This document shows positions 51,401 through 61,500 of a stretch of DNA of 64,000 bases, piece by piece. The stretch lies in assembly GCF_018977255.1 (NCBI RefSeq), contig NW_024704743.1, positions 62,001-126,000 of the forward strand, in the 5' to 3' direction. A model generated the notes under the pieces. That model saw only the letters and a program-made list of their open reading frames with translations. It did no database searches and had not been told where the DNA came from. Source of the stretch: Callorhinchus milii. Its lineage: Eukaryota. The position numbers and the translations under genes are program-made. Each line of letters begins with the position of its first letter. Positions within the stretch are counted from its first letter, which is position 1.

Positions 51401-54400
51401 CACACCTTTGTCACTTCCCAGCAGGATTATTCCAATGCGTTCCTCGCTGGTCTCCCCAGCTCCACCATGCACCAAATTCAACTAATTCAAATCCCCGGTG
51501 AACAGATACTAATCGGCACAAAACTCCATCCCCCCATCACACCAGTCCTTGCCAGGCTCCATTGGCTCCCAAACACCGAACAGATTGATTTCAAGATCCT
51601 CTTGTTTTCAAATTGCTTCATTCTCTTGCACCTCCCTACCTCTCCGACCTGCTTATTATCCCTCACTCCATCATCTGCTGCCTCTGTTCGGCTGACTCCA
51701 GCCTCCTATTTGTCGCTCGTCCCCTCCGTTCCACCATTGGTGGCCGTGCCTTCAGCCACTAGGTCCCAAAACTTGGGAAATCTCTCCCTCAATCCCTCCG
51801 CCTTGCCCCCTCACTCCCTACCCTACCTTCAAATTTTGCCTAAGCACCTTTTTCGATGGTGCCTACAGTCACCTATCCCTCCCTCTCCCCTGACTCATTG
51901 GCACACTCCGCCGCTGTGAAGTGCTCTGGGACACTATCCCGCTTGACGGGCGCTGTATAAATGCAAATTGTTGTTGTTGGGCAGTGGAATTTAAGAATGA
52001 GTTACAGCTTGTGAACGATGGAGTCATGGTCATATGAAACTGTTTCTATCAGGAAAGTCCTGTGTATCCAAATGGAACTGTGCAAGCAAACGCTGGAAAA
52101 GTGGTTCCAAACTGAGAACAGAGAGAATTTTCAACTTCAAATTGCTCAAGACACCAGTCAAGGCCTGTCTTACATTCACAGGGAGAATTACATTCACCGG
52201 GACTTAAAGGTAAGATTTCGACTTTTATTGGAAACAAGTTGCACTGTTGCAGCTCCATCTCACATCGAAACACCTCAAAGCGATTCGCAAGTATCACTAC
52301 AAGGGTGAATTGGGTGAATGACCAAGTTATCGTGGAGTCCTGTAACATAGTGGTTAGAGCACTCACCTTGCAAACGAGAGGCCCTGGGTTCGAATCCCAG
52401 GTGGGGCGAAATTGTTGTGCAAGTTTCCTTACTCCACATGCCTATGTTTACCTAGCAGTAGGTAGGAACCTGCTTTTCTGGAGGGTCATAATTCCTCCCC
52501 CCCAAAAAAATGTAGTCACTCAATCCATGACTGTTTGTGGGACACTGCTGTGTGCAATTGGCTAACCTGTTTTGCCCACAAAATATATAGTCACTACACT
52601 TTACAATATATTCTGTGAAGCACTTTGAGAATTCTCAAAGTCGTGGTAAGGCTATAACAAAGGCAAAGATTATTATTATGTACTGTACCGGAGTGTCAGC
52701 CTGGACTGTGAACTCGGAGTTCCCGATATGGGACTTGAGACCACAATTTTGTCCCAGAAGTGAGAACTTGAGCGACTGACAATTTGGATGAAGAGGGATG
52801 AAGCCTGTGTAACTGTGTTTGACCCTTAACACCCCGCATCACACTGCAGACAGGTCCTGAATTAATGGTTCAATGAGAAAAAAATGCTGATCTGCAAATA
52901 AAATAGATAATAAAAAAAGGCAAGCAGAATCCTTGGCTTTGTACAAGTGCAGAGCATTTGACAGTAACGAGGTGACAATGAACTGCTCAGGCCTTGCAGT
53001 AAGCAGGAACCCAGTTGTTAGTCCCAGTTTCTGAGTGCCCATGTTCTCTCAGCTCGGCTCTGATGACCTTACCTCTTTCCCTAACAGCCTGCCAACATCT
53101 TCTTTGCCAATGACAACACTGTCAAAATTGGCGACTTCGGTCTGGTAACGTCTTGCTCAAGGGGAGGATCCGAGCAATTCCTGCGGTCACCAGACACTGG
53201 GACTCCTTCCTACATGGCACCTGAACAGGTGAGTGTGTGTGTGTGTGGTGTGGGCGGGAATGGGGGGAATGTGTGCATGGATCTCCTGGGGTGAGAAGGA
53301 ACCTCCCTGCTGGACTGCTTAAAACTACCTGGATTTTTAGAAGAATATTTCTTGATTTGGTATTTGTCTCCTCACACCCCTTTTAATCCCAAGTGCTGTG
53401 GAGCAACTCATTATTTTAGATGTGGGTGCCCTCTGACTCACCAACGAGTGGAAATATATCCAACGCTATTTACCCAGTTAATATCTTCTGCACTCTGTTC
53501 TTTGTAAGATTACATTATTGTACAATTGTTTTATTTTTGCAGAGTGAAGAAAATTACAACCACAAAGTGGATATCTATGCCTTGGGCCTCATATTATTTG
53601 AACTCCTCTGGAAATTTGAAACTGTGTGTGAGAAGCAGAAGGTAAAGTTTCTCCATCGTGTGGGTCGACTCTGGAACCTCGCCCACCCACTTCACTATTG
53701 CTACTCCTGAGGCTTGTATTTGACATAGCGCCTCAGCACGTCGTTCAGACGTCTCAAAGCTCCTCATGTAAAGTGTAGTGACTGTATATTTTATGCGCAG
53801 AACGTGGCAGCCAATTACGCACAGTAGTGTCCCACAAACTGTCCTGGATTAAATGACCAATTAATTTTTTTTTAATTTGGAAGGGATTATTATCCCCGGA
53901 AAGTGATCCACCAATCGAATTAACAACCGGGTTCCTACTTATTGCTTGGTAAACAGAGGTGTGCGGAGTAAGGAAACTTGTTCCACCCAGGAATTGAACC
54001 CGGGTCCTCTCGTTTGCGTGGCTAGTGTATATTAAGGAAAATATATATATTTTTTGAAGGGATTATTACCTCTAGAGATCTGATCTCATCCTTCCACTCA
54101 TAGAGACAGGGTTAGAGACAGCCTGAGCTTGGTAGGAGATGATTATAGGGGGAGTAGGGGGGTGGGGGGGGGAGAGAGGAGGGAAGTGACCAAGGCTTTT
54201 TTTAAGGTTGGCTTTGAAAGCAATGATCTTAAGGCCTAGGTCGGGCCTAAACCTGACGACCAATTAAAGGTTATTTCTGGGGCCGGGGAGAGCGTGGACA
54301 TCTCCCCTCTCCTGCAAGGAAAGATCAGAGGATGTATATTAATGAAAGCAAATCAGTTTAAAAGTTGCTGCAGTGAATTAAAATTACATTTTTAATAATC

Positions 54401-55493
54401 CTGATAAAAAATATGGTGGGAGACTGGAAGAGGTGTGCAGGAGATCATTTACAGTTTCCAGGAGAAAATATTACAACAACTTTCATTTATATCGTGCTCC
54501 TCACGCAGGGTAGTTTAATATTAGCTATTAAAGTATGTAAGGAACCTCTTAAAAACTGTAAATGTTTCCACAATGACCCATTTTCCTTTTGGCAGGAATG
54601 GACGGGGGTGAAAAGTGGCATCTTTCCTACAGGATTTCAAACCAGATATCCAAATGAGGTGAGACTTCCTAACGAGTCCTAGCTGACCACAGCACCCTCT
54701 CAGCCCTGAAGTACGTGGGCACTTTGAAACATCAATTCAATTTGTTTCCTTCTTACATTTCCTTCCATTCCCTTCTTTTTATAAGTAGCAGACCACTTCC
54801 ACGACGTCCCAACCCCTACCTCCACAAACTGCAGATCATCTAGAACTCTACAGTTGGTGCCCTCTCCCGCACCGGCTCCGGGACACGATCACCCGCACCC
54901 TGGCCGGGCTCCACTGGCTCCCTATCCCTCGGAGGAGAGAGTTCAAAATCCGCGTCCTCTCCTTCAAGGCCCTCCACGGCCTCGCTCCTTTCTACCTCTG
55001 TGACCTGCTAACCCCATAACAACCTGTCCACTCCCTCTGTTCAGCAGGCTGCGGCCTGCTCCATGTCCCCCGCTGTGCTCCACCATCGGCAGTCGGGCCT
55101 TCAGCCTCTCCATCCCCACCTTTTGTAAATCCATACCCCAGAGTCCCATCGCCTCGCTCCTTCCTTGCCTCCTTCAAAAACTATTAAATTGTAAACAATT
55201 TCAGGACATGACACCATGTACCTTCATCACATCCATGCTGGACTATCCCCCTAAAATATAGTCAGTAATACCCACAGCAGCAATTTCCCTGTAAACTATT
55301 TTGCCACATTTTGCTGTTTGGTAGAGAAGCATTGTTATCATTACGATTATGGAGTTGTTGTTGTTGTTGATGACCATTGGTGTTTGCTCGGCATATCTTT
55401 CAGACTAAGCTGCTGACCAGTATGCTCTCTGCTGACCCCACCAGGAGACCTGAAGCTGATGAGGTCCAGAGGTGCTTCTTGATTGTAGCCTGA
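48458..55493 (+). CDS. EIF2AK2-like: PKR (EIF2AK2)-family eIF2-alpha kinase paralog lacking dsRNA-binding domains, about 453 aa
   Basis: Exons 48412(ATG 48458)-48474, 48878-49444, 49707-49826, 49990-50097, 52053-52209, 53088-53228, 53543-53641, 54596-54658 and 55404-55493 are all GT-AG and phase-consistent (1362 nt, no stops). Kinase sequence: FHEISCIGEGSFALVFHVKHKLDDCEYAIKCV, KEAKTLAKFRHTNIIRYYSSW, LCIQMELC, IHRDLKPANIF, VKIGDFGLVTS, GTPSYMAPEQ, VDIYALGLILFELL, MLSADPTRRP. DFGLVT, YALGLIL and IQMExC are PKR-like. AATAAA at 56120 and 56139. The true 5' end is uncertain because the frame is open to the exon start at 48412. Confidence 0.9.
51360..51980 (+). mobile_element. L2 LINE 3' fragment in a kinase intron
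   Basis: Translation [43 protein letters not shown], followed by an L2-type tail ending in (TTG)n. Many shorter L2 3' fragments occur elsewhere (e.g. 10140-10345, 11330-11670, 54800-55180, 62520-62905). Confidence 0.85.
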
Positions 55494-56429
55494 CTCCAGG
55501 GGGAAACGGAGCTAGTCTGGGCAAGACGTTGAGGCTTCATCTCCCTACTCTCGGCTCCTCTCAGGGCTAGGGAGTCAACCCACTCAGCTCTTGTTCACCC
55601 TGCAAGCCAAATCCCTAACGTTCCTAGCTGGACAAGCAGTGGGAAAGCTTCCTAGAAACAATGTCAATGGCAAGCTATGTGGTTTTAGCTGGTTAGACTC
55701 CAGCAGTTACCTGGGGTCCCCAAGCCTTGGCTCTTGCCAACCTGCACTTAATACTTTCCGGAATTACGTAAGCGTAATGCGTCCCTCCGGGGAGAGAGCG
55801 CACATTCCATTCAACAATTTCTCACTGTGATTTCCAACTGTAGCTGGGATGCATGTGGGACACTGCTGTGTGCAATTGGCTTCCATGTTTTATCCCCAAA
55901 ATACACAGTAAATTCACTTTACAGTGTTATTCTGTGATGCGCCTTGAGTTGTCTCAAAGACACAAGGATTACTATTAAAATGAAGAATGTATTTTTTTTA
56001 TAACATGGTACCTGAAGCTGGGACTCATTTAAGAGACGTCTTCACTCATCACCTATGCATATATGGGTAAAAATGTGCTGTTACCAGGACTGAATCTCTC
56101 ATTGATTCAGTACTTTCCAAATAAATCCCCAACAGATAAATAAATCCTGGTTTAATTGTCTCGTCTTTTTTTGCCGACATCATTAAACTAACACTTACCG
56201 TTCTCCGAGAGAAAGTATCTGTCAGCTGCTCCGTTGAGGTGCGGTATGGAAGGTGGGGGGGGGGTCGGGTTGAAGGGGGCGTGGTGCACTGCATGGTCAG
56301 AGGTGCCAAAATCGAGCTCTCCCCCACCCCTCCCCATTTCTGCGGCTGTTTGGGCGGACGTTGGAGATCCCATGGTGCCTTGTGGAAGCTTATCTCTCCC
56401 GGTTATTCCGCCAGGCTGGAGATCCCCCA

Positions 56430-57890
56430 GGGGATGGGGGGATGGAGTTCCAGAGGTTGGGGGCAGAGTGGCTGAAGGCTCTCCCGTCAATGGTGGGCGG
56501 GTGGGTCGGGGGACGTGGAGCAGACCAGAGACGGCTGAGCGGAGGGAGCGGGTTAGGAGGTCAGAGATGGGGTGGGGCGAGACCATTGAGGGCTTTGTAG
56601 GTGAGGACCAGGATTTTGAATTGGATCCTCTGAAGGATAGGGAGCCAATGGAGTCGGGCGAGAATGGAGGAGATGGGGTCACGGAGTTTGGTGCGGGAGA
56701 GGACACGGGCTGCAGAGTTCTGGATTATCTGCAGTCTGTGGAGGGAGGAGTTGGGAAGGCCGACAAGCAGGGAGTTTGCATAGTCGAGCCTGGAGGTGAT
56801 GAAGGCATGAACAAGAGTTTCGGCGGCCTGAGGGGTGAGGTAGTGGCGGAGTCGGGCGATGTTACGGAGGTGAGGGAAGGCAGAGCGGGTCATGGCTCGG
56901 ATGTGGGGAGGAAACGACAGTTGAGGGTCGAACAAGACACCGAGGTTCCTGTCTGGTTTGGTGAGTTGAAGTGTGCCACCGTGGAGGTTGATGTTGGCAG
57001 AGCCTGAGGTGCGGAGGCGCTGGCGCGAGCCAATCAGGAGGGCCTCAGTCTTATTCACATTCAACTGTAGGAAGTTTGCCCTCATCCAGGACTTGATGTC
57101 CGTCGGACAGTCTGTCAGGACAGCAGTGGGCCTGGAGTTGAGGGTGGGGGCAGAGAGATAGAGTTGGGTGTCATCCTCATACATGTGGAAGTTGACCCCA
57201 TGTCTGCGGATGATGTCACCGAGGGGGGGGCAATGTAGATATTAAAGAGAGGGTCAAGGACAGAGCCCTGGGGGACGCCAGACGTGACAGTGCGGGGCCT
57301 GGAGGAGGAACCGTCAAGAGGCAACGAAGTAGAGACGGTGAGAGAGATAGGAATCAAACCAGACAACGGCAGGTCCGCGAAGGTGGAGTAAAGAGGAGAG
57401 GAGATGTATGAGGATGGAGTGGTCGGCGGTGTCGAAGGCGGCAGAGAGGTCGGGGAGGACAAGGGGGCAGAGGGAGCCCTGGTCACGGATGTCCAGAATG
57501 CCACTGGTGACTCTGACCCCCCGGGGGCTGTTTCCCTGCCGTGGGAATTGGAAGGGGCTCTCAAAGAGGGAGTGGCGGGAGAGAAAGGAGCGGCGCTGGG
57601 GCGCGACGACCCGTTTCCAGGACCTTGGAGAGGAGCGGGAGGTCAGAGACGGGGCGACGGCGACGGCGGCGGCTGGAGAGGAGGGATGGGTCAGAGACGG
57701 GGCGGCGGCGGCGGCTGGAGAGGAGGGATGGGTCAGAGACGGGGCGGCGGCGGCTGGAGAGGAGGGATGGGTCAGAGACGGGGCGACGGCGGCGGCGGCT
57801 GGAGAGGAGGGATGGGTCAGAGACGGGGCGGCGGCGGCTGGAGAGGAGGGATGGGTCAGGGACGGGGCGACGGCGGCCGTCATCAGGACA
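56430..57890 (-). mobile_element. L2-clade LINE, degenerate RT, with an internal 36-42 bp tandem expansion at about 57640-57880
   Basis: Minus-strand translations [68 protein letters not shown]. Six copies of GGTCAGAGACGGGGCG(GCG)nCTGGAGAGGAGGGATG. Confidence 0.9.
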
Positions 57891-58079
57891 TCAGTTGATC
57901 ATCAATAATCACTGAGGGTATTCATTGATGATTAGCGCTCCGAGACGCTACCCCCACGTGAGGGGGCGCGAGAGATAGAGAGAGATATATATAGATATAG
58001 ATATTACAGGCAAGTTGTTGTTGTTGTTGTTGTTGTTGTTGTGTTCAACCACTGAGGTAACTGCGTCGTCGGGTAAATA

Positions 58080-58552
58080 ACGGTCGGGCGACGAACGCCC
58101 GCGCGCGGCCGACAGTTGGCTCTGACGCACCGGTCACGTGCGGAGGTGGCGAGCCGCGCGCTGGGGCCTGGGCGGCGAAGCCACGTTGCGCGGATCACGT
58201 GTTGGGTTGAGTGACGCGGAGCGGATCACGTGTCGGGAGGGGGGGGGTTGGTGGTGGGTGAGGAATCCTGCTCGGGTCACTGTTGGGGGTAGGGGAGGGA
58301 CGGGCTGGGGAGCAAGATGACGCTGGGCGGGTCACGTGTCCGGGGGGGTAGGTGGTGGAGTGGGACGCGGCGCGGATCACGTGTCGGGGGGGAGGTGGCG
58401 GTGGTGGCGGCGCGGATCACGTGCTAGAGGAGTGAGACGCTGCGCGGATCACGTGTCGGGGGAGAGTGACGCGTTGCCGAGTCGCCGCGCGGCTACTGAG
58501 GGGTTTGAGGCGTTTGAGGCCTCCACCCCCCCCCCCCCCCCCGGAGTCCGGT
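58080..58552 (+). promoter_or_regulatory. CpG-rich ELP6 promoter/5' region with seven TCACGTG E-boxes
   Basis: CACGTG at 58135, 58196, 58227, 58333, 58378, 58418 and 58450, in CpG-dense sequence directly upstream of the ATG at 58553. Confidence 0.7.
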
Positions 58553-61500
58553 ATGTTCTCGGAGCTGAACAACATCCTGAACAACAGCCCCGAGCAGGTA
58601 AAGGCCCGCCGGAGCCCGGCCCGAGGTGGGGGGGGCTCGTGTGGGTGGGCCTGTGAGGGAGGGAGGTGGAGCCTGTGGCGAGGTGTGTGTGGGACCTGGG
58701 GAGGAGGGAGGAGCCTGTGGTGAGGTGGGAGGAGCCTGTGGTGAGGATTGAGGAGCCTGTGGTGAGGAGGGAGGAGCCTGTGGTGAGGAGGGAGGAGCCT
58801 GTGGTGAGGAGGGAGGAGCCTGTGGTGAGGTGGGAGGAGCCTGTGGTGAGGATTGAGGAGCTGGTGGTGAGGAAGGAGGAGCCTGTGTTGAGGAAGGAGG
58901 AGCCTGTGGTGAGGAGGGAGGAGCCTGTGGTGAGGATTGAGGAGCCTGTGGTGAGGAGGGAGGAGCCTGTGGTGAGGAGGGAGGAGCCTGTGGTGAGGAG
59001 GGAGGAGCCTGTGGTGAGGTGGGAGGAGCCTGTGGTGAGGATTGAGGAGCTGGTGGTGAGGAAGGAGGAGCCTGTGTTGAGGAAGGAGGAGCCTGTGGTG
59101 AGGAGGGAGGAGCCTGTGGTGAGGAGGGAGGAGCCTGTGGTGAGGAGGGAGGAGCCTGTGGTGAGGAGGGAGGAGCCTGTGGTGAGGAGGGAGGAGCCTG
59201 TGGTGAGGAAGGAGGAGCCTGTGGTGAGGAGGGAGGAGCCTGTGGTGAGGAGGGAGGAGCCTGTGGTGAGGAAGGAGGAGCCTGTGGTGAGGAGGGAGGA
59301 GCCTGTGGTGAGGAGGGAGGAGCCTGTGGTGAGGAGGGAGGAGCCTGTGGTGAGGAGGGAGGAGCTGGTGGTGAGGAAGGAGGAGCCTGTGGTGAGGAGG
59401 GAGGAGCCTGTGGTGAGGAGGGAGGAGCCTGTGGTGAGGAGGGAGGAGCTGGTGGTAAAGAAGGAGGGGAGGAGCTGGTGGTAAAGAAGGAGGGGCCTAT
59501 GTTGAGGGGCAGGGCCTATGAGGAGGGGGTGGGGCCTGACATTCCTCCTGAGGACAACACCCAACAACAAACGAGGCATTCACCCCCAGCGGCTTCCACG
59601 TGGGGAGGACGTCCCGAGCCGCCGGCTGGACAGTCGGCGGCCGACTTGCCGCCTGAGCTGCGGCACGAGAAAGATTTCCATTGATACCCGAGCGCGTGGG
59701 CACATCCGACACCCGGTGGGCAGGAGCGGGCGGGCGGGCGGGCGAGGGTCCCGGACAGCTTGTTGCTCGGTTAAGACAAAAGCTGTGGCTGAACACGTGG
59801 CCGCCCATCGGGGGAGCGGAGGGACGAGGGACGAACGGGATGGCGGACCCAGCCGAGCGCCCCTGCCGGCCACTGGGTGGCAATGTCCACCGCTCTGGCC
59901 AGGGCCTCGACATTGGAAATTGTGATGAAATAAGATGCAGGACAGTATTCCCAATAAACCGTGCCGTTCATAGAGCACTTTCTAACAGCGAAGCGCCGCA
60001 AAAGCCCTTCACAGGAAATTGCTGCCATGTGTGGTGACTGTTTTTAGCAATCTCCCACAAACAGCTTGTGGGTAAGTGATCAATTTATTCAGACACGGGG
60101 AGACACTACCTGGCGCCTCCGTCCGCTTGACTGGCTCCGGCCTCCTGTTTGTCCCTCGTCCCCTCCGCACCACCATCGGTGACCGCGCTTTCAACCACTC
60201 CTTCCCTGAGGTGAATGAGGGACAGGGAGAAATTCCCTTTATCCCACGGGATCTTTGATGTCCACTTGCACGGACACCGACAACAACAATTTACCATTTA
60301 TGCAGCACCTTTCATGTTGGGAGGGCAGTCATTTTTTTTTTGGGGGGGGGGTCAGCCGGGTGTCTGACACGTGCAGAAACCCATCACCGTTGCTTAAGAG
60401 TCTCCAAACCCAACTGAGAATTCCATGCATCCCACCCAGACATGGAAATCCCAGAGATGGATTGTTGGAATGTAATGCGCACTCTCTCTCCTCGGAGGGA
60501 AGCATCCCGCTTACCTAATTCCTGAAAGTATTAGGCCCAGGTTGGTGAGAGCCAAGGTCTGGGGACTCGAGACTGGGCGTTGGGGTAACTGCTGGAGTCT
60601 AACCAGCTAAAAAAAAAACCGCAGAGTTTGCCATTGACTGAGAACTGTTTGTAATAACAAATTACATTTTATATACATAGAAGTGTTTCACGGAGCTGAC
60701 TGGAGGAACATAAGAACGTAAAAACATAAGAATTAGGAGCAGGAGTCGGCCATTCGGCCCCTCGAGCCTGTGCCCCGCCATTCGATATAGATCATGGCTG
60801 ATCTTCGGACCCAACTCTAATTACCTGCCCTCTCCCCATATCCCCCAATCCCTCCTATTTTTTAAAAATCTATCAGTCTCAGCCTTGAAGATGTTCAAGG
60901 ACTGAGCATCTACAGCCTTCTGGGGGAGTGAATTCCATAAGGAAGGAAGGTGACCAAAAGCTCAGTTGGAAAGAAAGACCTTAAGTTGGCCTTTCAAGGT
61001 GGGGGAGTGAGTGGTTGAGGAGGGAGTTCCACAGAGCGGGGGGAGGGCAACACCGGCTGGAGAATCAACCCAGCCTATTAACATCTAAAACTCTGGTTCG
61101 TATGTGTTTTTGTATAGGGGGAGTGTGTACTTCTGTGTGACAGTCAGACGGATGGCAACTTTCTTGTCCACCATTTCCTTTCCTTCTATCTGAAAGGTGA
61201 GTGTAAAGGGCGTTCTTACTGTAAGGGGCGACAGCGGGTGTGGGGAGCAATAGGTTGTGCGCGCGAGTGTGTGTGTGTGTGTGTGTGTGTCTGTGATGGG
61301 CAAGGTCCCAGAATTATAATAATACTTGCATTTGATATAGTGCCCAATCACGTTGTTGTGCTTCACAGAATATACTGTAAAGTGAATGTATATATTCAAA
61401 TGCAAGGATTATAGGATTATTAAAAAGTCACTGCCTCGCTTGAGAAAGGCCAGGTGGACTAGTCCTGGTCTGTGCTGAGTTATAATAATAATAAATAATG

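Noticed and set aside
49707..55493. Assignment of the kinase to PERK, GCN2, HRI or PKZ
   Set aside because: There is no transmembrane or luminal region, no RWD/HisRS domain, no long insert and no Z-alpha domain. The intron pattern and motifs fit PKR best.
58449..59579. 376-aa (-) and 272-aa (+) repetitive ORFs as titin-PEVK-like or mucin-like proteins
   Set aside because: They arise from a 21-bp minisatellite inside ELP6 intron 1, with no splice or start context supporting translation.
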